A stretch of DNA of 64,000 nt from the human T2T-CHM13v2.0 reference genome, Homo sapiens (GCF_009914755.1 NC_060931.1), one strand, 5' to 3'; counted from the stretch's first letter, positions 1-23,854 are shown. Notes: generated by a model from the sequence alone, not told the origin. Program-made: numbers and translations.

Positions 1-245
1 TAAAGCTGTGTGATGGATATTATAACTGTTATATACACATACATATAATTTTGTTTTCCTTTTTAAGAGAGGATTCTTTTCATCCTAAATCTTTTACCTT
101 TCAATCTTTGCATCTATTATTACACGTGCTGCTGAAGGGAGCATGGTTTTTATCTATGATACTTAGTTAACATATATATTACATTTATAGCTATGTAGTA
201 GTTCCCCTAAATTCTTGTAAAAATAAATTTTTATTTGATATTTCA
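1..245 (+). other. Probable distal 3' UTR and poly(A) region of a SPDYE (Speedy/RINGO E) family gene (SPDYE2B-like); coding exons lie left of the window
   Basis: AT-rich non-repetitive sequence with AATAAA at 222-227 (second at 395-400); resembles recalled SPDYE 3' UTR sequence and fits the known position next to POLR2J2. Confidence 0.5.
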
Positions 246-696
246 TATATATTTGAAATGTGAGAATTCAGATGTAATTTTTTACCTTGTTTTGGCATGT
301 TTGTATGTTACTTTAAAGAGGATGTGTGTTCTAAAGGAGGACATGAGCTGTGTGTTTTCAAGAGAACAATAGAGTGCGTCTCTTGGGGAAACATAATAAA
401 AATGAACTTTTCTCACCTTCACAGCAATTGTGATCATATTGGTCTGGATTGATTATTTGCTGCCCAGTGATATTTTTCCTTAATGGGGTTGTGGTTATTT
501 GAACATATTTATTAGCTCTGGAAGATAATCCTGTGCTGTTTTTTATGTAGAAAAAAACATAAGGCTGGGTGCAGTGCTCACACCTACAATCCCTGTGGTT
601 TTGGAGGTCATGGCGGGAGGATCACCTGAGGCCAGGAGTTTGAGGCCAGCCTCAGCAACATAGCATCTACATCCATTTTTAATTTTTATTTTTTAA

Positions 697-1051
<355 letters not shown>

Positions 1052-1383
1052 TAGAGTTTTAAGGCAGGAAATGAGAGAAAGATATTGAGAGAGGAAAACC
1101 AGGTGGTAAGAAAACTCTAAAGGTGGCCGGGCGTGGTGGCTCACGCCCATGATCCCAGCAGGAGTTTGAGACCAGCCTGGCCAACATGGTGAAACCCTGT
1201 CTCTACTAAAAATACAAAAATTAGGCAGGCGTGGTGGTGCACGCCTATAATCCCAGCTATTTGGGAGGCTGAGGCAGGAGAATCACTAGCAGAGATTGTG
1301 TCTCCTCACCCCCTCTCAAAAAAAAAAAAAAAAAAAAAGTTCGTTCCTGCAGCAGTTAAAGCTGTGAAAGACAGGCACTCTGA

Positions 1384-1764
<381 letters not shown>

Positions 1765-2369
1765 TAGTAGAGACGGGATTTCACTGTCTTAGCCAGGATG
1801 GTCTCGATCTCCTGACCTCGTGATCTGCCCGCCTTGGCCTCCCAAAGTGCTAGGATTACAGGCGTGAGCCACCGCGCCCAGCCTATGTGATGCAATTCTG
1901 ATGTCAACTCCCTGATGTTACCTCAAATGCCACAGGTTAAGGCCACCAGTCCCCACTAGGCTGCCCTCGCTTTAGACACACCTGCAGGCTTGGGTGTCCT
2001 CAGACCACATGTACTTCTCACCAACTGGCTGCAAATTTGGAGGTTCCCACCATGCCCTCAAGTTCGATAACTCACTAAAACAATTCACAGAATGCAGAAA
2101 AGCATGATACTTTCTTTCTCTTTTTTTTTTTTTTTTTTTTTTTGAGACGGAGTCTTGCTCTGTCACCCAGGCTGGAGTACAGTGACCACCATGCTTGGCT
2201 AATTTTTGTATTTGTATTAGAGACGGGGTTTCGCCATGTTGGCCAGGCTGGTCTTGAACTCCTGACCTCAGGTGATCCACCCGCCTTGGCATCCCAAAAT
2301 GCTGGGATTATAGGCATAGCCACCATGCCCGGTTGACTTCTAGAGTTTCAATAACAGAGATGTGATTCA

Positions 2370-3815
<1,446 letters not shown>

Positions 3816-3954
3816 GGGTCCATTAGTCTGTTTTCACACTGCTATAAAGAACTATGAGAAACTGGGTAATTTATGAAGAAAAGAGGTTTAATTGACTCAC
3901 AGTTCTGCAGGCTGTACAGGAAGCGTGGCTGGGGAGGCCTCAGGAAACTGACAA

Positions 3955-9424
<5,470 letters not shown>

Positions 9425-10389
9425 GCTCCCGCCGCCGTTGCGTCCAGACCCCAAGTGTCCGCCACCGTCGCCACCAGAGCCCTAATAAGAGGCCTCTTCC
9501 GGATTACTCCGGCGGGGCAATCCCGCGCAAGGATCGGCTCATCGCCCCCTGTTGGGCTGGAGGATCTTGCGCAGGCGCGAGAAAACCCCGAGAGAGACCA
9601 GTGTCTCTGCGCATGCGTCAGTGGCGAGCGCACCGCCCCCCCCCCCACCCCCCCACCCCGCACCCCGGCATGGCTTTCCCCGTGGGCGCTTTTCGGCGCA
9701 TGCTCAGAGCGCCGGCAGGGCTGTTCTGCCCCTACAGAGGCCTCCTAGTCCTGGCTGAGCGGGAACCTCAAGCTGTACCTTTCTCCTTTCCCCATGTCCC
9801 TTGATCTCTCTTTGGAAACGTGCACCCCCTTGGAGTGCGCAGCAGGAGGCCCCTGAATAGAGAGAATAAAGCTAAGGGGTAGTGGACAGCTGCGGCTAGC
9901 AGCCGTAGGGGGAGCAGAAGATCTCGTGGCCAGAGGCAGATCTATGACAAGCCCCCTGCCCAGGCTGCCTATACCGACTGCTGCAGGACCTCTGCCTGGG
10001 GGGTGCAGCTGGCTTGTTAGCCGGGAGGGACAATTGGGTGAGGGATGCAGAAGGAGGCAGGTGTATACAGCAGTGAGAGGGGAGCCCGTAGGGTTACGTA
10101 TATCTTTTTATATATTATTATTATTATTTAGAGACAGCGTCTCCCTCTGTCGCCCAGGCTGAAGTACAGTGGCGCCATCATGCAGCCTCCAACTCCTGGG
10201 CTCCAGAGATCCTCCTGCCTCAGCCTCCCGATAGTTAGGACTGCAGGCATGTGCCATCACACCTAGCTATTTTTTTTTTTATTTTTGGAGATGGTGGGGG
10301 GGGGGTCTCCCTATGTTGCCCAGGCTGGTATTGAACTCCTGGCCTCCAGCAGTCCTCCAGCCTCAGCCTCCCAAAGTGCACTTGGTGGA

Positions 10390-11360
10390 TGTGGGCAGCA
10401 AGCCACCCAGGTGCCGAGGCAAGAGACCGAGGGCACGAGCTGTTCCAGTATAATAAAATATATAAAATAAGAATAGTTATACTAGATATAGATCTTAGAT
10501 ATGATTATATATGAATCATTAATCATTAGTTTGTAGTAATTATTCTTTATTCCAATATTATAATAATCCTCGCTCTACAATCATAACCTAGGAAAAACCA
10601 GGCCATACAGAGATGGGAGCTGAGGGGACAGTGAGGAGTGACCAGAAGACAAGAGTGCAAGCTTTCTGTTATGCCCGGACAGGGCCACCAGAGGGCTCCT
10701 TGGTCTAGCGGTAACGCCAGCATCTGGGAAGACACCTGTTGCCAAGCCCACCGTGGTCTAGCGGTAGCGTTAGTGTCAAGGAAAAACACCCGCTACTTAG
10801 CAGACCGGGAAAGGGAGTCTCCCTTTCCCCGGGGGAGTTTAGAGAAGACTCTACTCCTCCACAGGCCCGCCCACAGTTACCCGGAGGCATAACCGTCTCC
10901 CTGTGATGCTGTGCTTCAGTGGTCACGCTCCTAGTCCACCTTCATGTTCCATCCTGTACACCTGGCTCTGCCTTCTAGATAGCAGTAGCAAATTAGTGAA
11001 AGTACTAAAAGTCTCTGATAAGCAGAAATAATGGTGTAAGCTGTCTCTCTCTCTTTCTCCTCTCTCTCTCTGCCTCGGTTGCCAGGCAGGGAAGGGCCCC
11101 TGTCCAGTGGACACGTGACCCATGTGGCCTTACCTATCATTGGAGATGGCTCACTCTCCTTATCCTGCCCCTTTGTCTTGTATCCAATAAATATCAGCGC
11201 AGCCTGGCATTCAGGGCCACTACTGGTCTCTGCGTCTTGGTGGTAGTGGTCCCCCCAGCCCAGCTGTCTTTTATCTCTTTGTCTTGTGTCTTTATTTCTG
11301 CGCTCTCTCGTCTCTGCACATGGAGAGAAACCCACCGACCCTGTGGGGCTGGACCCTACA
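10390..11360 (+). mobile_element. Solo LTR13 (ERVK class), 971 bp
   Basis: TG...CA termini, perfect 6-bp TSD GGTGGA (10384-10389 and 11361-11366), internal AATAAA ~11186, recalled LTR13 start tgtgggcagcaagccacccagg. Confidence 0.88.
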
Positions 11361-11775
11361 GGTGGATAAGTGTATCTTACCCTTTTTGGTTTGGTTGCTT
11401 TGCAGACTACAGTTTAGCATAAAGGCCCTCCTTAAGCTGTTTGAAGCAACAGGGACTGGGGTCTCAGAGGAGCTACCAGAGCCCTAACAGTTTGGCAGCT
11501 GTTTCTCCAAGGCTGGGCAGCAGCTACAGTGCTGAGGAAATCTGGAGCATCTACCCCTTCTGGGAAGGCCCATTTCCTACTTGAGTTCTTGCACCCTGGC
11601 AGGAGGAAATCTCATTCTGCAACAGCCCCACACAGAATCTGACTTTCCAGGCGAAGTGGGTGGGCACCTCTTTAACTGCTGAGGAACAGAAAGTGATATG
11701 GGTAGGCTGGGTGCGGTGACTCACGCCTGTAATCCTAGCACTTTGGCACTTTGAGAGGCTGAGGCAGGCGGATCA

Positions 11776-12006
<231 letters not shown>

Positions 12007-12141
12007 CTAGCCAAGGGTAGCATCCTTGACCCAAGCTTTTCCAGGGTGACCCAGAAGTGTGGAGGTTATATCCTCAGGGAATTATTACCCTTATCACTTT
12101 TTTTCTTTTTTTCTCTTTTTTTCTTTTTTTTTTTGAGATAG

Positions 12142-12369
<228 letters not shown>

Positions 12370-12710
12370 TAGGCTGGTCTCGAACTCCTGACCTCAAGCA
12401 ATCTTCTCGCCTTGGCCTCTCAAAGTGCTGGGATTATAGGCGTGAGCCCTGCCCCTGGCCACACATACCATGCTAATTTGTTACACATTGGCTGTGGTTG
12501 CTTTCATGCTACATGGCATGGTGGTTGTGACTGAGAGCTGCATGTCTGGTCCTTTACAGAAAACGTTTGCTGATCCTAATCTTGGGGATTGTGCCTGTGT
12601 TGACTTTGCTATTTATTGTTTGGTTACAGCCCAGACACTGAAGTTACTTATTAGCTTGTGGGTGTCTATCCCGTAGAAAAGAAAACTTCATGGCCGGGCG
12701 CAGTGGCTCA

Positions 12711-13043
<333 letters not shown>

Positions 13044-13210
13044 TCACAATCTTATTCTAGCATTCTTCTCTTAAAGTGTTTACGGGCCAGGCACAGTGGC
13101 TCACATCTGTAGTCCCAGCACTTAGGGAGGCTGAGGGAGGATTGCCTGAGCCCAGGAGTTTGAAACTAGCCTGGGCAATATAGCAAGATCTTGTCTCTAC
13201 TAAAAATTTA

Positions 13211-13390
<180 letters not shown>

Positions 13391-13875
13391 TTACAAATAC
13401 ATGAAATACATGTACCCAGCTTCTCAGAATGATCCATGAATCAGAGTTCCCACTCTTTTTCTGAATTGATGCGTAGTAGATCTTTGATATGTGTTCATGA
13501 TATATATGAGTCATCTTTTTTACATGTTTGAAAATTATACTTTGAAAAGGCCTTGTCCGGAGGTGGTTGCTGCATACCTGTTCAGATTTCCTAAGAGGTT
13601 GAGAGAAACAGGTACTGGGTGAGCTGGGTCCAGTCAAGCCTTCCCAGGGTGCCTGCCCTGCCCTGTGGTGAACACCAGCCCCCTGGGCTGCAGATATCTG
13701 CCTGGGGGTCCAATCAGATCCTCAAGACATCTGGGACTGGGCATGGTAGCTCATGCCTGTAATCCTAGCACTTTGTGAGGATGAGGTGGGCGGATCACTT
13801 GAGTTCAGGAGTTCAAAACCAGCCTGGCCAACATGGTGAAACCCCATCTCTACTAAAAAATACAAAAATTAGTCA

Positions 13876-14067
<192 letters not shown>

Positions 14068-15020
14068 TCAGCACTTTGGGAGGCTGAGGCAGAAGGATCA
14101 TCTTAGGTCAGGAGTTTAAGACCAGCATGGCCAATATGGTGAAACTCCATGAAACCCCATCTCTGCTAAAAAAAAAAAAAAGACAAAATATTAGCTGGGA
14201 GTGGTGGCATGTGCCTGTAAATCCCAGCTACTCAGGAGGCTGAGGCAGGAGAATCGCCTCAACCTGGGAGGTGGAGGTTGCAGTGAGTTGAGATCACACC
14301 ACTGCCCTCCAGCCTGGGCGACAGAACCAGATTCCATCTCAAACAAAAACAAAAACAAAAACAAACAAACAAAACATCTGGGAACCTGCCCCAGGCCCCA
14401 GTTGAATGCCAGGGCTTGAAGTCTCTGGGAGGGGGTGGTATAGACTTGTGGGACAGATGGAAGGTATACCCTCTCCTGCTCCTCTCGCTTTTCCAGGTGG
14501 CCTCCAGAAACAATGTGGCATGATGGACTATGGGCAGCTCTGCTCAGGGCCTGAGAGGAGAACCAGGGGGCAGTGCCAGGCATGCACTGATGTTAACTTC
14601 CCTTCCAGCTGCAGTGGTCAGGATCTGGGGAGGGGAGGAGAGGCATGGTGGATGCTGCCAGAAGGGTGGCTGTGTGTGTGCACTCAAGATCCAGGTTTCC
14701 ACTTGTAGCCCTAATAAGTCCACGGCTCCTTCCCTTTCACTGCCTGCGTTTAGGCTCAGGAGACCCTGGAGGCCATACTTCCTAGAGAGAAGGTCCTTGA
14801 AACCCAAGGAGATCCAACAGGCATGAGGATTTTTGTGTACCCCTAAGGAAGTAGCCAGAGAACCAGGTGCTGGTGATTTGGGGTGGGGTAGGGGCTGCAT
14901 CAGGCTCAGCTGTCCCTGGACCCAGGGCCTTGGGCCAGGAAGGGAGGGGAGGGACCCAATCCAGCAAAAAGGCTTAGTTGCCCATAGGACGGCAGAGCAC
15001 AGCAGGCTATGAAGCTCTAA

Positions 15021-15372
<352 letters not shown>

Positions 15373-16540
15373 TAACTCCTGACCTCAGGTGATCCACCCA
15401 CCTTGGCCTCCCAAAGTACTGGGATTACAGGCATGAGCCACCGTGCCCAGCCCTCTTTGCCTTTCCCTACTATTCCTGGAAGAGCCAAGGTATACAGGAT
15501 GCCCCACTGGCCCTGCCCCAGAACCTAGCTGGGCAGCCAGGTCAGGGGTCATGTCTGAGCCCTGGGACACTGGGGGCTGTCCTAGGCTAAGGACAAAGGG
15601 GAGGCTCAGAGCTTGCTTGGATGAGCGTTGAGAATGTGTTCGTGGCTGGGTGCGGTGGTCCTGTAATCCCAGCGCTCTGGGAGGCTGAAGTGGGAGGATG
15701 GCTTGAGCCCAGGAGTTGGAGACCAACCTGGACAACATGGTGAGACCCTGTCTCTACCAAAAGTACAAAAAATTAGCTGGGCATGATGGTGCACACCTGT
15801 AGTCCCAGCTACTCAGAAGGCTGAGGCAGGAGGATCACTTGAACTCAGGAGTTGGAAGCCGCAGTGAGTTATGATCACTCCACTCCACTCCAGCCTGGGC
15901 AACACAGTAAGACTCTGTCTCAAAAAAAAAAAAAAAAAAAGATGTTCTGGAAGACTCTGCCCCTCCTCTCCTCTGTCTTGTTGTTTTTTTTTTTTTTTTT
16001 TTTTTGAGATGGAGAATCACTCTGTCACCCAGGCTGGAGTGCAGTGGTGCGATCTCAGTTCACTGCAACCTCCGCCTCCCGGGTTCAATCCAATTCTCCT
16101 AAGTAGTAGGGGTTACAGATGCGCACCACCGCACCTGGCTAATTTCTGTGTTTTTAGTAGAGACTGGGCTTTGCCATGTTGGCCATGGTTTGCCAGGCTG
16201 GTCTCGAACTCCTGAACTCATGTGATCTGCCGGCCTCAGCCTCCCAAAGTGCTGGGATTACAGGTATCCTCAGTCTTGTTAATTACACTGGGGTTTGCTT
16301 GCTGTGTACAGTGAGATCAGGATGAGGGTGGTGAGGTGGTGATCAGGGGGACCCATGCTTCTGCTCAGGGGGTTGGCAGAAGCCAGCAAGGCTTGGGGTT
16401 TCCCTGTTTGGAGCGCTCCAAGTTGAGAGTGCAGAGGAGTGTGAGATGCGTGTGAAAATGCAAACTTGGCTCTCCCTGGCTGGAGGCTGGCATTGGGTGA
16501 GTCTCTGGTAGGACCAGGCCATGTATACTTTTTAAGCTTT

Positions 16541-16546
16541 TTTATT
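16541..16546 (-). terminator. Candidate poly(A) signal (AATAAA) of the RASA4-copy 3' UTR
   Basis: TTTATT on plus strand, ~3.1 kb past the stop codon. Confidence 0.55.
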
Positions 16547-17268
16547 CTTGAAAAGTTCAAAGATATACAAAGATAGACTATGCAGGATAATGAGCCCCCA
16601 CATACTCCGCATCTCTTGTCTGTAATTATCAGCTCGTGGCTACCTCTACCTCTCCCCTCTACCTCTTGTCTCATCTCTACCTCTCCCCCTGACCCCTGCC
16701 TCTGGGTCATTTTGCAGCAAATCCCAAATGCCTATATCATTTATCCTAAATATTCCATAAACATTCCACTATGTAGCTCTGAAAGATAAGGACGCTTACA
16801 ACACAACTGCAATATCTTTTTTGTTTGTTTGTTTGTTTTTGTAAAGACGGGGATTTCGCCACGTTGCCCAGGCTGGTCTCGAACTCCTGAGCTCAAGCGA
16901 TTCTCCCACCTCAGCCTGCCAAGTAGCTGGGATTACAGGCATGTGCCACTGTGCCCAGCCAAGTGCAGTATCTTATCACACCTTTACAAAATTAATAATT
17001 CCAATCATCCTATAGTTGATCAGTGTTCAAATTTCCAATTGCCTCATAAAAAGATCATTTCTTAACATTTTGTTTTGTTGCAATTGGTTGCTGTAAGTCA
17101 CCTAAATATCTTCTCTTTTTTATACTTTTTATTGTAGTAAAATAGGTATAACATACAATTTGCCATTTTAACCATTTTAAGTGTTTAACTCAGTGGTGTT
17201 AATTACATTCACAATGTGTAGCCATCACCACTATTTAGTTCAAAAATTTCAAGTCTCCTTTATTTTCC

Positions 17269-17302
<34 letters not shown>

Positions 17303-19655
17303 AGGGACTAGGTTTTGCTATGTTGCCCAGGCTGGCCTTAAACTCCTGGCCTCAAGGTGATCCTTCTGTCTTGGCCTCCCGAGTAGCTGGGACTAGAGGT
17401 GTGCACCGTCACACCCAGCTTCAAGTCTCTTATTATAAAGTTCTGGCCACGCACAGTGGCTCGCAACTGTAATCTCAGCACTTTCGGAGGCCAAGGCGGT
17501 CAGATCACCTGAGGTCAGGAGTTCGAGACCAGTCTGGCCAACATGGAGAAACTCCGTCTCTACTAAAAATACAAGAATTAGCTGGGCATGGTGGCACACG
17601 CCTTTAGTCCCAGCTACTCGGGAGGCTGAGGCAAGAGAATTGCTTGAACCTGGGAGGCAGAGGTTGCAGTGAACCAAGATCAAGCCATTTGCACTCCAGC
17701 CTGGGCAACACAGTGAGACTCTGTCTCAAAAAAAAAAAAAAAAAAAAAACTATAAAGTTCCCCTTCATCTGAAAATTGAATGTGATTTTAAACAACCTAT
17801 TTGAGCTCTGAGGTAGATGTCTAAGTTCAAAGCCCACTCCTCCCTTCTGGGGGTCCCAGTTTCGTGATCTCTTCTTCCCTTTCCTTCCTGGTAGCTTAAA
17901 AAAATAGAGATAACAGGATAAAGGTGAGGAATGAAGGAATGAATGGATGCAGGCAGACGTGAAAACAGCGCCCACCTGGAGAGCTAGAAACATCTGGAGG
18001 GCTGGGACCACCTGGAGACGCCCCGTGTCTATGAGCTGCTGTTGTGAGGAGCCTGGAGCCAGTGGACGCTGGGAGGGAGGAGGCTTTAGAGTGGGGGGCA
18101 ACCGGGGGAGGAAGGAGGTTGGCTGAGCCAGGTCTGGGGGCCTCAGGGACTTCTGTGTCCTCATAACCCACAAAAGCCCTGCCCACCCTGCCCCGGGGCG
18201 GCCCACAGTAGCAGCGGCTGGTGGTCCCTACAGCCGGTCAGCCCCAAGAGCGGGCACAACGTGTGGCCTGGGTACCACAGGGCCAGAAGAGAGGGACAGG
18301 GGCCCTGCTCCTGTCACCTGCTGCTTCTGCCACCCCAGGACCAAGTCATTGATGTGAGCCGGTGGCCAGACATCACTGCCCCGCAGGCAGTGGGGGCTCC
18401 TCTTGGGCTGGGGGCAGGGCTTGGTGGGCAGCCCTATGGGAGGGGGAGCTGGTGGGGGACCACAGGGACTGACCAAAGAAAGGCAGGCCAGATCCCAGGA
18501 CAGCAGGGGTTCTAAGTCCCCAAGAGTGGGGACTGGGCCGGAGTCAAGTTTTGCCAACCATCGGACCAGCCCCGGGCCTCTATGATGAAGGCATCAGAGA
18601 AACCCCATGGGGCCAGAAAGGGGCTGGGGCAACGGTGCACCTTTGGGATCTGGGGTCAGAGGGGGAAGGAGGTGACTGCATGGCAAGGCAAGAGCTGAAG
18701 GCCTTCTGGAGAAGGAGGGTCCAGTCCTTGTCCCCACCCTGATCCAGGTCACTGTGGACGCAGCTGGGAGCTGAGCCTGGCAGCCCATGTGACACAATGG
18801 TGGGGGGATGGGAGCCCCTACGTGGCCAACACTGCCAGCCACACAGCTAGAGGGCTTGGGGTAAGGGCTGCGTGAAGAGGAATGGGGTCTCTGAGTCCCG
18901 CCTCTGTGCTGTCCTCAGGGACACCCTAGAGAAGGGACTTGCTTGGGGGCTGCTTTGAGGAGAGAACAGCTGGTTGGACACACTGGGCTCTGTGGCCTGT
19001 GGGACATGAAAGAGGGGACCCAGGGACAGCAACTGGGAAGGGAAAGGAACCCCCGACCCCAGAAGAGTGGGGGGAAGAAAGAGGGGGGAACAGGGATGCC
19101 CAGAGCCCATACTGTCAGCCCCATCATCGGCACATCCACCGACAGCCTCCGGGGTCCCCCCGGGCCCACTTTCTCCCCAGACCCTCATCACAAGACCCCA
19201 GAGCCTGGACAGTAAGAGCAGGTTTACTGTTGGCAACAGCACAGCCCTGTGGCACCCAAGGGTAGCGGGTGGGGTGGCGGCCGGGTCTCCTGGGGCCCCG
19301 TTCTCCCTCCCATTCTCTAGGTCCCTGGAGGCCAGACCCCTGGGTGTGGCCCATCCTAGCAGTGGTTCTGGCTGGGTCTGTCCTGGGCAGGAGAGGAGGG
19401 TCCCTGGAGAGGCAGTGATGGCTACAGCGTCTGTAGGGAGCTGGGGACACTTCCGGCCAGCCATGACAGGCCCAAGCCTGCTCAGCTCTGCACTTCTGGG
19501 GATCCCCTTATTCCTGACTCTCCCCCCTCCCCCACCTGGAAGAGACCTAGGCCCTGCACCCTAATGAGGAGGACCGGGGTGAGGGGGTGCAGAGTGTCCT
19601 GGGGGGGCTCCGAGCGCTTGGCAGGGGACTCAGCAAGGGGAGCGTAGGGCGGGCC

Positions 19656-19777
19656 TCACGTCTGCAGCTCCAGGAGGCAGTTGGGCTCTGAGGGTGGGGA
19701 GCCGGCCGGGCTGGAGCTACGGGCCTCGCGGAGGTCCTGCAGCACCCGGAGCAGCCGGGCCAATGAGTCCTCGGGGA
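19656..19777 (-). CDS. RASA4DP: RASA4-copy terminal coding exon J (VPEDSLARLLRVLQDLRE...LLELQT*)
   Basis: CCACAG|TC acceptor; TGA at 19658-19656. Confidence 0.9.
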
Positions 19778-19888
19778 CTGTGGGCAGAGGCAGCCGTGAG
19801 GGCCCCTGGGAGTGAGCCCGAGGACCCCACCCGTGCATCTCTGGAGGGGGCTCGGGCCACGAGCAAGTCCCAGGTGGGCAAGACCTAC

Positions 19889-19953
19889 CTTTGCCAGGGC
19901 TCGTGGGCACCGTGCCTGCCTCTGTGCCCCCGCTCAGCTCCCGGTGCCTCTCC
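19889..19953 (-). CDS. RASA4DP: RASA4-copy exon I (ERHRELSGGTEAGTVPTSPGK)
   Basis: CCACAG|G acceptor, G|GTAGGT donor; 65 nt. Confidence 0.88.
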
Positions 19954-20193
19954 CTGTGGGGGAGGTCAGAGTGAGGGCCAGCAGCCTCCACTCTCCCTGC
20001 CAGACCTTCTGGTGTCCTTGTGGGAAGGCTGGGGGTGGCCCAGCATGGGCCTCCTGGGCTAGAGGTGGCTCTGGGGGTGATGGCAGGGCTGACTCTTTCA
20101 GTCTGTGAAGAGGCTGGGCCAAGGCCCACCAGGGCACCTTCCACCTTCTCCCTCCCCGTGTCTCCTCCTCCTCCCCATCCCACTGTGGGTTGA

Positions 20194-20601
<408 letters not shown>

Positions 20602-21102
20602 TGACAGATGAATGAGCTCCAGCTCCAGTTGGCTCAGGGGAAGCTGAGCGCATGGGAAGCACTGGATCACCTTGAAGTATCCTGGCACCAGCCACATCTC
20701 CAGAGACCCTGAGTGATGGGGCCTTGGCATCCTGTTTTTTAAAGCTGATCTTTAAAAGCATCTTGTTTTTTCTAAGCTTCTGCCAAGGCTGAGAACCACT
20801 GGATGAAGCAAGATGGCCAGGGAACTCAGGGAATTGGCTGAGGCTGTGCCTGTACTCCAAGGGCCCAGGGGAACAGCTGGGCAGGTTGCAAGGTGGGCTC
20901 AGTCAGCACATGGCATGAAGCAGGCATGGCCCTGACCCTTGGGGCCTCTGTCCTAACCTGAGCTGGCCTCGTGCTGCAGAGAGGTACTCCTGGTGCCCTC
21001 CCCAGATGTGGCCAATTACAAGAGAGGTGACCAGCCACCATGGAGCAGCCCCAAGCCTGGCACGTTCCCCAGGCTGCACAGGCTCTCCTGGGTGGGACTC
21101 AC

Positions 21103-21223
21103 CACAGCATGGCCTCCACGCCCAGCAGGTGCCGGTAGATGAGCTGGGCCTCAAGGTCATGGTCAAGAGGGTCATTCCACTCCTGCAGGGTCACCCGTGA
21201 CCGGGTCTTATCGCAGCCCTGAC
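21103..21223 (-). CDS. RASA4DP: RASA4-copy exon H (GQGCDKTRSRVTLQEWNDPLD...EAML-W)
   Basis: CCCCAG|GT acceptor, TG|GTGAGT donor; 121 nt. Confidence 0.9.
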
Positions 21224-22215
21224 CTGGGGGCACAGAGAGGGCAAAGTTACGAGCAGACACTTGGGACTACCATGTCCAACACTGTGGTTGCACAGATGGA
21301 GAAACAGAGGCCTGGAGAGGAGAGAGATGCACTCGGGGGTCCCTAGTGAGGGCTGGGCTGGGAGCATAGCCTGGTAAGTCTGACCCAGGCCCTGCCTCGG
21401 CTCCCCACCCTCTGGGGGCAGCAGCTCCTCTTGGGGTCAGCCCCTGCACCACGGGATGCGTGACTGAGGAGCATGGATATCATCAGGATATGACTCGGGT
21501 TGCTGGGTAACTTTTGGTTTTTTTTGAGACGGAGTCTCGCTCTGTCGTGCAGGCTGCAGTGCAGTGGCGCGATCTTGGCTCACTGCGAGCTCTGCCTCCC
21601 AGGTTCACGCCATTCTCCTGTTTCAGCCTCCTGAGTAGCTGGGACTGCAGATGCCCGCCACCACGCCCAGCTAATTTTTTATATTTTTAGTAGAGACGGG
21701 GTTTCATTGTGTTAGCCGGGATGGTCTCGATCTCCTGACCTCGTGATTTGCCCGTCTCGGCCTCCCAAAGTGCTGAGATTACAGGCGTGAGCCACCGCGC
21801 CCAGCCAGGGAGCCGGGTAACTTTCTGGAAGACTGTCTGCCTGGAAGGGAGCAGGCTGAAATGTTAACATCATGGTGAGGTGGGCCACAGGGGGTTCATG
21901 CCTTAGAATGAGCTGGTCCTGCAGCTTGCTGTCTTTATGACCTTGCCAAGTCATCTGCCTTCCCTAAGCCTCAGCTTCTCCTCCATACAGTGGAATAACA
22001 GGCCCTGTCTCTTGGGCCAGGGTGGGTCCCACCTTGCCGATAATGAGAGTATCGCTCTGATGGTTACAGGCAGAGGCTGCAGGCCATATCAGCCAGCCAG
22101 CAATGCCCTTGCAAAGAGTCACCAAGAGGCCAGGCACAGTGGCTCACACCTGTAATCCCAGCACTTTTTACTTTGGGAGGCTGAGGCAGGAAGATAGCTT
22201 GAGGCCAGGAGTTCA

Positions 22216-22419
<204 letters not shown>

Positions 22420-22615
22420 TCAAAACAAAAACAAAAACAAAAGAGTCACCCATCCCTATACAGTGCTTGGCTGTAAATCCAGGGCTGGGCTAGAGTGCGT
22501 GGGTCAGTTTTCGATGGCCTCTGCCACACTGGGCTCTGGGGACCAAGATTTGGCCTGGCCTGAAGGACAGGGGACTCGAAGTGCTGAGTCTACTCTGTAA
22601 AGTAAGTGTGGATAA

Positions 22616-22926
<311 letters not shown>

Positions 22927-22982
22927 TAGCAGAGATGGGGTTTCACCATGTTGCCTAGGCTCGTCTCTAACTCCTGAGCTCA

Positions 22983-23093
<111 letters not shown>

Positions 23094-23854
23094 TCACTCC
23101 TACAATCTCAGCACTTTGGGAGGCCGAGGCAGGAGGATTGCTTGAGCCTGGGAATTCAAGACCAGCCTGAACAACATAGCAAGACCCCACCTCTAAAACA
23201 ATTTTTTTTAAATGAGCCAGGTGTGGTGATGCATGCCGGTAGTGCCAGCCTACTCAGAGGCTGAGGCAGGAGGATTGCTTGAGCCCAGGAGTTGGAGGCT
23301 GCAGTGAGCTATGATCGTGCCGTGCCACTGCACTCCAGCCTGGGCAACAGAGCAAGACCCTGTTTTAAAAAATTAAACAAAAAAAACCCCTCAGCTCCTC
23401 AAGCCACATTTCAAGTGCTCAAGAACCACAGGTGCTAGAACCTAGAGTACTACACAGTATGGAGTCCTTCTAGAAGCTCCTCTATGCCATCCCTCTAGTG
23501 CCCAAGGCTCAGGGTCCCCTCCCACCCACAGCTCCGGATTCAGATGGCCAGCATTGGAGTGTGCGAACCCAGGGGCTCTCTGGCTCTCATTAGCAGGGGG
23601 CTCCTCGAATGTGTTCCTGAGAACACCTGTTCTGTAAGAAGCTCCTTGGGGAAGAGAAGGGTTCCCTGTCAAAAGAGTTTGGGAAGTGCTGGGTTAAACC
23701 ACGTTAGAAATGGAATTCTAGGCCGGGCGTGGTGGCTCACACCTGTAATCCCAGCACTTTGGGAGGCCGAGGAGGGCAGATCACGAGGTCGGGAGTTCAA
23801 GACCAGCCTGGCCAACATGGTAAAACCCCGTCTTTACTGAAAATACAAAACTTA

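Noticed and set aside
17604-19564. 165-205 aa ORFs on both strands in the RASA4 3' UTR
   Set aside because: Low-complexity Pro/Gly-rich ORFs expected in GC-rich DNA; one runs into an Alu
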